This document shows, piece by piece, positions 1 through 9,768 of a DNA stretch of 38,844 nucleotides. The DNA comes from Proteobacteria bacterium UBA664 (GTDB lineage: Bacteria; Pseudomonadota; Gammaproteobacteria; UBA7966), in NCBI GenBank assembly GCA_002299125.1, contig DBNU01000012.1, positions 1 to 38,844 of the forward strand, in the 5' to 3' direction. Below the pieces are notes generated by a model. That model ran no database searches, was not told the origin of the DNA, and saw only the letters and a list, made by a program, of their open reading frames with translations. Both the position numbers and the translations under genes were made by a program. Every line of letters starts with the position of its first letter. The stretch's first letter is position 1.

Positions 1-923
1 CACACGAAACGACGAGGAGCCGGGTCCTTCCGGCTTGAGGATCAGCCCCTGTCCGGTCGGGAGCGCCAGGATCTCGACCCCCTTGCGTCGCGCGAACTCA
101 TCGAACGCGCGTTTCTGTTCCTCGTAGCTCACGAAGCCGTAGTCGTCGAGCAGCACCGCAGCCCCCGGCGAAAGGCGATCCCAAAACCATTCGGCGGCCG
201 CGATCTCGGGTAGGGCGCAGTTCATGTCGATGGAGAGAAAGGCCACTTGCGTGATCTCGATTTCGGCGAGAGTGTCTGGCACCGCGCCCCGTACCAGATG
301 CGCCCTCGGATAACGGGCGAAATGACGTTGCACGAAATCCCACTGATCCGCGTAGTAGGGTCTGAAGTGATCGAGCTTCTGGGCATTGGCGCGTTCCGCC
401 TCGGTCAGGTAGCGCTCGTCCAGACCATCGAACGTATCGAACAGGAAGAAACGCTTGCCGAGCGCCTGCCAGCCGAGGTAATGCATGATCGCGGTGCTGA
501 GAAAGCCCCGCCACACACCGCATTCCACGAAATTCCCGGTAGCCGCTGCCCGCGCGCGGCGCACCAGAGCGCCACGTGAAGCCTCCAGTGCATTGGATGA
601 TCATGACCGAGAGCCTCCAGACCGCACCGATACGCCTCCACGTAGCGCGGATCACGCATGAAGTCGTGGTTGTGAATGACGCGCGGATCGGTGCGCAGTC
701 CGTCGTAGTCGAACACATCCGTGTACACCGAATCCGCAACCCGGGTGGGATTCGGCTGACTCCAGGCGTTCACCGCATCAGCCGGCATCGGGCCGGTCAA
801 CGGAACGGGATCGCTCGCGGGCCGAACGCCGGGATGCGTCACCATGAGGCCGACACGTCGCGCGAAAGAGATCGCCATCCGCTGCAGCGGCGTCAGCCGG
901 GAGGTGGTGTCCGGTTCAGGCAT
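1..923 (-). pseudogene. TylF/MycF-family O-methyltransferase, frameshifted near 532-537 and running off the window edge
   Basis: ATG at 923 gives MPEPDTT...HWRLHVALWCAARGQRLPG. The protein resumes in another frame at 531 as FVECGVWRGFLS...FFLFDTFDG...IDMNCALPE...VLLDDYGF...LPTGQGL, typical TylF motifs. One base is missing at the junction; may be a sequencing error. Confidence 0.8.
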
Positions 924-2064
924 TGCGGTCGTGCAGGAAGAACGCCGCGCCGTTGAAGCCGTATGTGAAGAACGCAGACGATGAGAATCTTTCCTGGGCT
1001 TCGAGGAACTCACCGAACGCACGCCGCTCTCCGTAGTTGGGGCTCGCCTTGTTGCAGTTCCAGTCGTCGAACATGATCACGCAACCGTCCTGCAACGCGT
1101 TCATCCGGTACAGCCCCGAGAGCACCTCCACGGTCGACTGGTAGAGATCACAGTCAACGTGGACGACGGCGGCCCGGAGCGGCTGGTCCTGACGGAGCGT
1201 TTCAGAGTAGAACCCCCTGTGCGCGACGATCCGCTCAGCACGCAACACGGCGGAGAGCTGGCTATGGATATGCTTGTCCACGCTACCACCAAGGCGGGCA
1301 ACGAAATCGTCCGGGAAGCGCATCCTGTCCTGCCAGAGGTTACGTCCTGAGATCTCGTAGCTCTCTCGGTCCACTCGCGACGCGTATTCAGGCAGCCCCT
1401 CGAACGAATCGAAAAGGTGCATGCGTCCCATGAAGCGCAGGCGCCGCGCGGTCTCGCAGAAGATCCGGGCCGACCAACCGCCCAGAACACCGAACTCGAG
1501 GATGTCGCCGATCACGCCGGCGATCGACACGTACTCGACCACGCGCAGTACCGCCTCCCTGTGTACGGCCGTGGCCCGCGCGGCGTCGTGAAACACGAAG
1601 CACTGGCGAGTGAGGTCGTAGCCGCCCGGCGCTTCCTCGAACGGCATCAGGTCCGTCTGGACCCCGACGTTGTCGGGGTCGGCCTCGATCGCGCGAGCGA
1701 GAAGTTCTCTGGCGTTCGCCCGATCACCCGCACGCAGTGCGGACCGGGCGCGTTCGTGATAGAGCACGGCGAGTTCGCGCATGCCCAGCACCGCTGGGTG
1801 ATAGAGGTGCACGACAGCTAACGCGCAGGCATACGCGTGGTACGCGCGCTCGATATCGGCCGAATCCTGGCACTCTCGCCCACGGCCGCACCAGTACGCC
1901 GCGTCGAGGGGACCGCGCTCCGCGAGCTCACGCAGATCGGGGCACGCCCCTGGCTCCGGAGGGGCAATCGTCGCGGGTTCCGGCTGACACGCTGCGTGAC
2001 GGGATCCGCCTCGCAGATAGTCGAGGATACGCGCAAGGGTGATCGACTTCGGGATCGCCGGCAT
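916..2064 (-). CDS. TPR-like N-terminus plus TylF/MycF-family O-methyltransferase
   Basis: Motifs GDILEFGVLGG, LFDSFEGLP, VHVDCDLYQST, IMFDDWN; helical TPR-like N-terminal part (ARELLARAIEADPDN). Confidence 0.85.
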   Translation of the reverse strand: MPAIPKSITLARILDYLRGGSRHAACQPEPATIAPPEPGACPDLRELAERGPLDAAYWCGRGRECQDSADIERAYHAYACALAVVHLYHPAVLGMRELAVLYHERARSALRAGDRANARELLARAIEADPDNVGVQTDLMPFEEAPGGYDLTRQCFVFHDAARATAVHREAVLRVVEYVSIAGVIGDILEFGVLGGWSARIFCETARRLRFMGRMHLFDSFEGLPEYASRVDRESYEISGRNLWQDRMRFPDDFVARLGGSVDKHIHSQLSAVLRAERIVAHRGFYSETLRQDQPLRAAVVHVDCDLYQSTVEVLSGLYRMNALQDGCVIMFDDWNCNKASPNYGERRAFGEFLEAQERFSSSAFFTYGFNGAAFFLHDRNA

Positions 2065-2073
2065 CGGAGTGGG

Positions 2074-2232
2074 TCACGCCCAGCCGATCGCGCGACGCAG
2101 CCGCCGTTGTGCCCGACGACGGACCTCGGCAAGCGGGTCTCGCGCCAGTACCATCTTCACGTCCATGAGCCGCATCCCGGAGCGGATGTAGCCGCGATCG
2201 ACCAAGTACTGCATGAGCTTGAAATGAATCAT
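2074..2232 (-). CDS. small hypothetical protein, 52 aa (not in ORF track)
   Basis: MIHFKLMQYLVDRGYIRSGMRLMDVKMVLARDPLAEVRRRAQRRLRRAIGWA*; GGGGTG upstream of the ATG; fills the gap between two co-oriented genes and ends 9 bp before the next start. Confidence 0.5.
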   Translation of the reverse strand: MIHFKLMQYLVDRGYIRSGMRLMDVKMVLARDPLAEVRRRAQRRLRRAIGWA

Positions 2233-2307
2233 CCGTCACCCCTGCTCACTGTTCAACCGGACATTGCTCGTGCCGCGACCGGATCGGAGTCCGTCTGGCC
2301 GAGCACC

Positions 2308-3333
2308 TCATAAGGAACTGCCGGCTGGCCGGCGATACCGCACGCGAATGATCGCAGCACCCAGCAGACGATACAGCAGCGTTGGGCAGACGTCGAAGGC
2401 GCGCAGGGCGACGAATGCCCGAACGATGCTTGCTCTGGCCCGGATCGTGTTAAGTGCGCGCGTTGTGCGCGACGCTCCCGGCCCGGCATCCGAGGGGCGC
2501 GCCTCCGCTTCGCTTCGAGCCCTAAGAGCCGCGAACCGGATGCGTCCTTCCATCCTCGCAAGAAACGACGTCTCCGGGAGCGTGGGCGCGTGCGTGCGCA
2601 CGTACTCCGTAGCGATGGCGATGAGCCGTTCGACGCCTTCTTCGTCGCGCAACGTCGCGCTGAGCACCCCACCTTCATGGACGCGAAGCAATGCGAGCGG
2701 TACCGGCGAGAACACGGCGCCGTGGCGCGACGAAACCACCGTGGCCGCGAGCAGGTCGCTGAGCCCGCCGAGCCGATCATCGAATCCGCCGATCGCATCG
2801 AGCGCCGCGCGCCGGAAGCACATCGTAGGCCCGGCGAACCAGCTCCCGACACCAACGGCGAGCGCTCGGCAACGGATCGCATCCATCCAGCGATCATCAA
2901 GTGCTACCACCGGAGACCAGTGCAGGCCGGTCGAGCGGCCGCCCTCGTCCATCAGCCACGTCATCGCGGACCAGAGGCCGGCCTCCGGATGCGCCCGGAG
3001 CGCGGCCTTCGCATGCCCGACCAACCCGGGGAGCATGCAGTCGTTCGAAGAAAGGAACACAACGAACTCGCAACGAGCCTCCCGCAGGCCGCGGTTGATC
3101 GTCGCGATGGTGCCGAGCCAAGTCTTGTTCTCGATGAGCCGCGCGAAGGGGAACTGGCAGATCTCCCGTTCGATCAGTTCGCGACTGTCGTCTGTCGACC
3201 AGTCGTCGATGACGATGAACTCGTCGGGGGGCGGCACCTGGTGGAGCACCGAACGGAGCGCACGAGGCAGCGCCGCCGCATCATTGCGGTTAGGCATCAC
3301 CACGGCGATCGTCGGACGATGGTTCATGTACAC
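2308..3333 (-). CDS. GT2-family glycosyltransferase
   Basis: IAVVMPNRN...FIVIDDWSTDDS...NRGLREARCEFVVFLSSND, a GT-A fold N-terminus. Confidence 0.9.
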   Translation of the reverse strand: MYMNHRPTIAVVMPNRNDAAALPRALRSVLHQVPPPDEFIVIDDWSTDDSRELIEREICQFPFARLIENKTWLGTIATINRGLREARCEFVVFLSSNDCMLPGLVGHAKAALRAHPEAGLWSAMTWLMDEGGRSTGLHWSPVVALDDRWMDAIRCRALAVGVGSWFAGPTMCFRRAALDAIGGFDDRLGGLSDLLAATVVSSRHGAVFSPVPLALLRVHEGGVLSATLRDEEGVERLIAIATEYVRTHAPTLPETSFLARMEGRIRFAALRARSEAEARPSDAGPGASRTTRALNTIRARASIVRAFVALRAFDVCPTLLYRLLGAAIIRVRYRRPAGSSL

Positions 3334-3400
3334 AACTCTCGAAAGCCAGCGGGTACTCCGTCACAACGCATGGCTGTTAGCGCCAGTGGTCGTGCGGTGG

Positions 3401-5473
3401 TCAGCGGGATTCGGGAGGGACTTGGTCGGACTTTCCCTGGTCTGCGTCGCCGAAGAACAAGGCTCCTCGGCGCGCAAAGAACGCCTCGCTCGCGCGGCCA
3501 TTGCCGAACAGCGGCCGGCCTCCGACTACTCGGGATAGTATGCCCGCAACGCGTGTGCTGGCACTAGTGCCCATCATTTTGCCGCTGATGATCTCGTCGA
3601 GCCGCTCCGCGACGACCTCGGCGATGTCGTCGGGCGAATTGTTCACCGGAGTCACTCCCCGGCCGGAGAGGTTACGCAGGTCGAAGATCTGGTCACGAAA
3701 CGCGTCCGGAAGCATCTCTTCGAGGCGAAGATATCGTTCTTCAGGCTCGGACCAGAATGGCTTCGGACAGTAGGTCACACTGGAGGGCCAGAGCTGCGCG
3801 AAGTTGGACAGGCAGTTCACGAGCACGCAAGGCGTTCCAAAGCTGATGACTGCGTTCGTCAGCCCGGACGTCGTCCCGATGAAGAGCCGAGCATCGCCAC
3901 AGAGGTACACGTCCATCTCCGGCGACTTCTCGCGAGAGACCGCGTAGTCGATAACGTTGCGCATCGCAGGCAGGGGCTGCATCGAGCGATCTCCCACGCG
4001 AACCACCCATCCGCCGCGACCGACGACTTCGTGGATCGCGGCCTCGTAGTCCATGATCGACGCGTTCCGATGCGATTGGCTCCTGGTCGAGTGTTCCCGG
4101 TGGTATCCACCTTCGCGGACGTGCAGCGTGACGAACCATGCGCCCTCGGGGAGGCCGAGCCGTTCGAGTCGGACGCGGCCACGCGACCGCGCAACCGCAT
4201 CCAAGTGTAGCAGCGGCCCTCGTGCTGTCCGATCCCACTCGATGTGGACCCGTGCACCAAATTCCGTGAAGGCATCCCCAGTGTCATCGGGGTTGATCAC
4301 GGCGTTGAAGCAGTCACCGAAGTAGCGCTGCCACGGGAAAAGCCTGGTGACGAGATCTTGATCCTCGACGACCAACAGCCTGCTTCTCCAGCAGTCGAGA
4401 TAGGCGGGGTTCGATACCTTGTCGCGCGGCGCGAGCAGAACGTAGTTCGCGCGCGGCGTCCAGCCCAGCAGGGCGGCCTTGAGATAGGTATCGAGCATGG
4501 CAATGTGGCCGATCTGGGTCACCCACTCGTAGGGCAGGATCCGTACGGGCAGGTCCGGATCGAACGGTGCGATGCGCGCCAAGGCATCGAGATGATCCGC
4601 CGGCAGTGCATGCTCCCGCGCCGCCCGCCGTTGGGTGCGGAGGGCGTCGGCGAAAAGCTCGCCCCCCCTGCGCCCGAGTCCGGCGTGGATGGCCAGTTCG
4701 CCGGCGCGGTTCAAAGCGTCGTAGAGAATGCAATCGTCGCGCTTCTCCAGATCCAGCGGCTGAAGAACATACCTGTCGCGGTCATACTTCGCCGCGAGGT
4801 TCTGATGCGCCATGGCGAAGCGCGGATCGAGTTCGATCGCGTGCCTGAGCAAGGGCAGCGCATTTTCCGCGTCTCCCCGCATGAGCAGTACGCTTGCGAG
4901 GTTCACTTCGAGCTGCGGCCAGTGGTCGTGGAGCGTGAGCGCCGTCCGGTAGGCGTCCTCGGCACCCTCCAGGTTGGCGAGGTACGTTCGCACCCAGCCG
5001 AGATGGAAGTACGCGCCGGCTGCGCGATACCCGACCCGTGTCGCCTCGGACAGGTCGGCTTCCGCCTTGAGGCGATCGTCGTTACCGAAATGGGCCATCC
5101 CCCGCATGAACAACAGTGCGGCGTAGTCCTGCCGCGTCTTCTCAATCCTTTTGTTGATTGCAGCGGAAATCGCCCTAGAAAGGAGCGACTGGCCTAACAT
5201 TCTCCTGATAAGCGCACGGATCCACCGGGTGCCGCCGGTCATACTGATGAGTCTTACGGACGAATTGTGCCCAGTCCTTGTTTGTAGCCCCTCGCACGTG
5301 ACCCAGAGCAAGGCGCTGGAACCGAGACCCAAGGCAAAGTCCCGAATGCGAATGAGGGCGTCGCGCCATCGCCGAACGCCACTATGGTCACGGACTGTGG
5401 CGTCAGCACTCCCGCGTTGATCGTGACCGCCTGAAAGCGTGAATCTCCGCCCCATGTTGTTTCCTTGAGCCAC
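3401..5473 (-). CDS. TPR-containing putative glycosyltransferase (TIGR04372-like); true start probably further downstream
   Basis: TPR-like repeats in the N-half; C-half motifs QIGH, FVTLHVREGGY, RNASIMDY, GGWVVRVGD, FIGTTSG, NSPDDI. Confidence 0.75.
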   Translation of the reverse strand: MAQGNNMGRRFTLSGGHDQRGSADATVRDHSGVRRWRDALIRIRDFALGLGSSALLWVTCEGLQTRTGHNSSVRLISMTGGTRWIRALIRRMLGQSLLSRAISAAINKRIEKTRQDYAALLFMRGMAHFGNDDRLKAEADLSEATRVGYRAAGAYFHLGWVRTYLANLEGAEDAYRTALTLHDHWPQLEVNLASVLLMRGDAENALPLLRHAIELDPRFAMAHQNLAAKYDRDRYVLQPLDLEKRDDCILYDALNRAGELAIHAGLGRRGGELFADALRTQRRAAREHALPADHLDALARIAPFDPDLPVRILPYEWVTQIGHIAMLDTYLKAALLGWTPRANYVLLAPRDKVSNPAYLDCWRSRLLVVEDQDLVTRLFPWQRYFGDCFNAVINPDDTGDAFTEFGARVHIEWDRTARGPLLHLDAVARSRGRVRLERLGLPEGAWFVTLHVREGGYHREHSTRSQSHRNASIMDYEAAIHEVVGRGGWVVRVGDRSMQPLPAMRNVIDYAVSREKSPEMDVYLCGDARLFIGTTSGLTNAVISFGTPCVLVNCLSNFAQLWPSSVTYCPKPFWSEPEERYLRLEEMLPDAFRDQIFDLRNLSGRGVTPVNNSPDDIAEVVAERLDEIISGKMMGTSASTRVAGILSRVVGGRPLFGNGRASEAFFARRGALFFGDADQGKSDQVPPESR

Positions 5474-6523
5474 CTACATGAGCAGGACGCAGCGCCCGCT
5501 CACCTCGCCGCTGCGCATGCCGGCGATCGCGTCGTTGATCTGCTCGATCCGGTAGCGGTGGGTCAGCAGTTCCCGCAGGCGCAGCCGCCCGGCGCGGAAC
5601 AGCGCCTGGTAGCGCGGGATGTCGCGCTCCGGCACCGTCTCGCCGCCGTGCGAGCCGGAGATCGCCTTGCCGAAGTGCAGCGGCAGCGAATGGATGGTGA
5701 GGTCGTGGCCCTTGCGCGGCACGCCGACCAGCGTCACCCGGCCCTGCGGGCCGGTGAGCGCGTAGCCGAGCTGAATGATCGCGGGCTGGCCGGTGTTGTC
5801 GATGAAGTGGTCGACGCCCGCCGCGCCGGCGATCTCACGGATGCGCTGCGAGGCATCCTCGGCGTTGGCGTTGATCGTGTGCGTGGCGCCCATCTGCCGC
5901 GCGAGCGCGAGCCGGTTGTCGAACAGGTCGACGGCGACAATCGGATGCGCCGACACCAGCGCCGCCGCCTGCACGATGTTCAGGCCCACGCCGCCCGCCC
6001 CGTACACGACTACCGACTCACCGATGCGCACGCCGGCGTTGTTCTGCACCACGCCGAAGCCGGTGGTGACCGCGCAGCCGAACAGCGCCGCCACTTCCAT
6101 GTCGCTGTCGGGCGGGATCCGCGTCAGGCGGTTCTCCGACACCACCGCGTGCCGGTTGAAGGTGGTCACCCAGCCCGCGTTCACGCGCCGGCCGTCCCAG
6201 TCGTAGGCGGGCGGCGCGCATTCGATGCCCGGGCCCTTGCGCCAGTGCAGCACCACTTTGTCACCGGCCTGCACGCCGCGCACGCCCGGGCCGGTGTCGA
6301 GCACCGTGCCCGAGCCTTCGTGGCCGAGCAGGTGCGGCAGGAACCGGTCCTCGCCCTTGGCACCGTCGATCTCGCCGAGCTGCGAGCCGCAGATGCCGCT
6401 GTAGTGCACCTCGACCAGCACTTGACCAACGTCGAGCGCCCGCGGCAGCGCGACTTCCGCCAGCACCAGCGGCTGGCGCTGCTCGACCAGGATTGCGGCG
6501 AGGGTGGTGCAGGGGCGGCTCAT
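5474..6523 (-). CDS. zinc-binding alcohol dehydrogenase (MDR family)
   Basis: SGICGSQ, LLGHEGSG, FGCAVTTG, YGAGGVG; start taken at MSRPC (6523), 7 bp after the upstream stop. Confidence 0.9.
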   Translation of the reverse strand: MSRPCTTLAAILVEQRQPLVLAEVALPRALDVGQVLVEVHYSGICGSQLGEIDGAKGEDRFLPHLLGHEGSGTVLDTGPGVRGVQAGDKVVLHWRKGPGIECAPPAYDWDGRRVNAGWVTTFNRHAVVSENRLTRIPPDSDMEVAALFGCAVTTGFGVVQNNAGVRIGESVVVYGAGGVGLNIVQAAALVSAHPIVAVDLFDNRLALARQMGATHTINANAEDASQRIREIAGAAGVDHFIDNTGQPAIIQLGYALTGPQGRVTLVGVPRKGHDLTIHSLPLHFGKAISGSHGGETVPERDIPRYQALFRAGRLRLRELLTHRYRIEQINDAIAGMRSGEVSGRCVLLM

Positions 6524-6530
6524 GCGCGGA

Positions 6531-7199
6531 TCACTCGAAGTAGATGAACGAATGGTCACCGGTGTAGCCGGTCTGGCGGAACCACCATTCCCATTCCTCG
6601 GGGGTATTGAAGGCCTCGCAGGTGACCTGCCAGTAGAGCAGGTTGGCCTTCTCGGTTTCGTTGCGGTAGGACTCGACGCACAGGTACTTGCGCCTGCCGA
6701 CGCGCTCCATCTCGCGCAGTGCCACATCAAGATCGTAGCAGTGCAGGTTGTGCAGGGTGTTGATCGAGTAGACGAGATCGAAGTAGCGGTCCGGCCAGGG
6801 CAGTTTCGTCGCGCTGCCGTGCGTGATGCGGTCGCGGATCTCCCCCTTGGCGTTGGTGATCGCGTACGCGGACACGTCGAGCCCGTAGACCTCGACTCCC
6901 GGCAGCACCTTGGTGAAGTCGTACATCAGGAAGCCCTTGCCGCAGCCCACATCGAGCACGCGGTCGCCGGGTTTCAGGCCGTAGTGCTCGACCATGCCGC
7001 GTGCCACCTTCTCCCAGCGGCCTTCCAGGTAGCGGTAGCCGCCGTAGTTGATGCGCCGGTCGCCGTCCCAGTAGTCGTAGTCCCAGCGTTTGGCGAGCTC
7101 GGCCGCCTTGGCTTTCGGGTAGTCGGGGTCGTTGACGCGCGCGAGATAGTCGCGTTTGGTCGCCTTATGCAGCGGCGACATGAAGTCGATGTAGGCCAC
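6531..7199 (-). CDS. class I SAM-dependent methyltransferase
   Basis: VLDVGCGKGF, GLDVS, LPWPDRYFDLV. Confidence 0.9.
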   Translation of the reverse strand: MAYIDFMSPLHKATKRDYLARVNDPDYPKAKAAELAKRWDYDYWDGDRRINYGGYRYLEGRWEKVARGMVEHYGLKPGDRVLDVGCGKGFLMYDFTKVLPGVEVYGLDVSAYAITNAKGEIRDRITHGSATKLPWPDRYFDLVYSINTLHNLHCYDLDVALREMERVGRRKYLCVESYRNETEKANLLYWQVTCEAFNTPEEWEWWFRQTGYTGDHSFIYFE

Positions 7200-7208
7200 G
7201 GCGGGTTC

Positions 7209-8222
7209 TCAGCAGGACAGGGAATCGAACAGCGCCCGCGCCTTGGCGAGCTGCGCGCGCTTGCGCGGCTCGGCGCCGGCACCGGGGTCGGCGAAGCGGC
7301 GCCGGCGCACCGCATCGGGCAGGAATTCGTTGAGCACGATACAGCACCATTTGATGCGGAACACGGGTTCCAGCAGGCGCGCGCGCGCCGCCATCGCCGC
7401 GCCGAAGGGCGCGATGGCGATCCGCAGGAACGCGTCGAAGTGGGCGCGCGGCACCGGCACGCCGGGGTGGGCGAAGAAGTCGCCCACCGCCTTGGCCGGG
7501 TCGTCCCAGCCGGCGTACTCGAAATCGAGAAAGCACAGCGTGCCGTCCGGGCGGCGCAGCGCGTTGTGGAAGCCGAAGTCCGAGGGAGAAAGACAGCGTG
7601 CGCTGGCGTCGAGCGGCGATTCGGGCTCGTCGCCGGCGGCGAGGATGTCCGCGCGCAGCGAACGCCAGCGCACGCCCAGCGCGTCGGCGAAGCGGCGCGC
7701 CTCGCGGTCGATGTCGGCGGCGGCGGGGATCGCCGCCAGCCGCGCGATGCGGCCGTCGACCATGCGCAGGTGCTCGCCGGCGCTGAAGCAGGCCTCGGAC
7801 GCCGCGCCGATGCCGCCCGCCGCGGCGCGGCTCGCCGGCGCGTTCAGCGCGGCGAAGAAGCGGGCGGCCTCGGCGACGCAGGCCGCGTCGACGGCGGCAA
7901 GGTCGAGCTTCGCGCCCTCGACATACTCGTAGAGCGCGAGGTGGGTGTGCGGGCTGCACGCCAGCGGCCGCGGCACGCAGCGCAGTCCTATGCGCCAGGC
8001 ATGTTCGAGAAGGGCGTATTCCGCACCGAGGCGGTCGCGCGGGTCCGCAGGGTCGTGGAAGTACCACTTCGCTACCAGGCGTTCGCCGCCGCTCAGCACG
8101 GTGAACACGCGGTTGTTGCCACCGGTGCCAAGCGGCTCGATCATGTAGCCCGCAGCGTCCCGCCCACTCTCGGCGAGCAACACCCCGAGCGCCGGCTCCA
8201 GCTCTAGCGCGACCTGCGCCAT
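7209..8222 (-). CDS. aminoglycoside/choline phosphotransferase-like kinase
   Basis: GGNNRVF, VAKWY, LSPSDFGFHN, FLDFEYAGWDDP. Confidence 0.85.
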   Translation of the reverse strand: MAQVALELEPALGVLLAESGRDAAGYMIEPLGTGGNNRVFTVLSGGERLVAKWYFHDPADPRDRLGAEYALLEHAWRIGLRCVPRPLACSPHTHLALYEYVEGAKLDLAAVDAACVAEAARFFAALNAPASRAAAGGIGAASEACFSAGEHLRMVDGRIARLAAIPAAADIDREARRFADALGVRWRSLRADILAAGDEPESPLDASARCLSPSDFGFHNALRRPDGTLCFLDFEYAGWDDPAKAVGDFFAHPGVPVPRAHFDAFLRIAIAPFGAAMAARARLLEPVFRIKWCCIVLNEFLPDAVRRRRFADPGAGAEPRKRAQLAKARALFDSLSC

Positions 8223-8821
8223 AGCGCCTCGACGCCGGAGCGCACCTCAGCCCAGCTCGCCGCGCGCTCGAGTCCGCTTTGCGCGTGATGGCCGTCCGGA
8301 TCGAACAGGATGCGCCCGATGGCCGCGGGAAAGCCCGGCGCGAGCAGGATCTCGGGCAGATCGTCGACGTAGACATCGCAGCCGGCGGCACCAATCCGGG
8401 CGAGCTTGTCCGTCTTGGTCAGTTCGAAGTGGACCGATTCCGGTGCCACCAGCGGCCCATCGGCATCGACGAGGTGGAGATCGATCCAGGCGCGCGCCGC
8501 CGCGTGCAGGTCGTGGCGTTCACCAATGAACGGGTGGCGGGTCTTGTGGCTGACGATGCTCACCGGGATTCCGGTGCCGCGTGCCCAGGCAAGGAACTCA
8601 TGTACGCCGTTGAAGGCCTCCGCCTCAGCCATGCGCGGACCGTAGGCGACGCCCTGCATCGCGGTCCACTGGTCTTCGCGGCCGGTGCGCCGCAGGTGAT
8701 CGCGCACGCTCAGCTTCGACACCGGCAAATCGTCGGGGACGAGTCCTTCGTCGCGCGCGATGCGGTGGAACATCGCGTCGTAGCTGACGATGGTATTGTC
8801 GAAATCCAAACCGACGTGCAT
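8204..8821 (-). CDS. HAD-like hydrolase/phosphatase
   Basis: MHVGLDFDNTIV (DxD motif I), VSHKT, YVDDLPE. Confidence 0.85.
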   Translation of the reverse strand: MHVGLDFDNTIVSYDAMFHRIARDEGLVPDDLPVSKLSVRDHLRRTGREDQWTAMQGVAYGPRMAEAEAFNGVHEFLAWARGTGIPVSIVSHKTRHPFIGERHDLHAAARAWIDLHLVDADGPLVAPESVHFELTKTDKLARIGAAGCDVYVDDLPEILLAPGFPAAIGRILFDPDGHHAQSGLERAASWAEVRSGVEALWRRSR

Positions 8822-8838
8822 GGCAAACCCGTCTCGTC

Positions 8839-9768
8839 TCAGGTGGTAACACGCGTCGCATTCAGTACGCAGCGCGCGATGTGGTCGGCCACGAGTCCGA
8901 ACTTGCGCCGGGCGTACTTCTGACTGCCGATCTCGTGCATGAACTCGTCCGGAGTTCCAAAGGACAGCATGCGGGCGAGACATCCGTCCTGGCCGGCACG
9001 CCATTCGGCGACCGCACCGGCAAGGCCCCCGATGCGCCCGTGCTCTTCCACCACGGCGACCACCGCGCAGGTGCGGAACACTTCGTCAAGTCGCTGTTCG
9101 TCGAGCGGCTTGATGGTGTGAAAGCTCTCAACTCGCGCCGAGAGGCCCGCCCTTCCAAGGTCATCGGCGGCAGCGAGCACCTCTGGCATCACCGTGCCCG
9201 CCGCGATCAGGCAGACGTCGCCGCCCGGGCGCAGCGTGATCGCGCGGCCGAGCGCGAACACGGGCGGTATCTGGTGGATGATCGGCTCGCCCTTCTTGCC
9301 GATGCGCATGTAGAGCGGGCCGTCCTGATCGAGCGCCGCCGCCAGGCCGAGGCGCAGCTCGACCTCGTCACAGGGCGCAAATACTGTCATGCCGGGCAGC
9401 GTGCGCAGGATGGCAAGGTCTTCGAGAGAGTGATGTGTCGGGCCAAGTTCGGCGTAGGACAGCCCGGATCCGGTGCCGACGATGGTCACCGGTGCATGAT
9501 GGTAGCAGGCGCCGACACGAATCTGCTCGAAGCAGCGGGTAGTGGTGAACGGGGTGATCGTGTACACCACGGGTCGCAGTCCCGACAGCGCCATGCCGGC
9601 AGCAACGCTCATCATGTTGCCTTCGGCGACACCACAGTTGAAGAATCGCTGCGGCGCGACCGCCTTGAAATCGTCGAAAAGCTTGTTCCCGATGTCGCCG
9701 GAGAGCAGTACGAGGCGGGGGTCGTCGCGTCCGAGTCGCGTCAATTCGTCCGCGAAGGCGTTTCTCAT
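8839..9768 (-). CDS. transketolase, C-terminal subunit
   Basis: MRNAFAD...NCGVAEGNMMSVAAGMA, GPTHHSLED, VEEHGRIGG. Confidence 0.92.
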   Translation of the reverse strand: MRNAFADELTRLGRDDPRLVLLSGDIGNKLFDDFKAVAPQRFFNCGVAEGNMMSVAAGMALSGLRPVVYTITPFTTTRCFEQIRVGACYHHAPVTIVGTGSGLSYAELGPTHHSLEDLAILRTLPGMTVFAPCDEVELRLGLAAALDQDGPLYMRIGKKGEPIIHQIPPVFALGRAITLRPGGDVCLIAAGTVMPEVLAAADDLGRAGLSARVESFHTIKPLDEQRLDEVFRTCAVVAVVEEHGRIGGLAGAVAEWRAGQDGCLARMLSFGTPDEFMHEIGSQKYARRKFGLVADHIARCVLNATRVTT

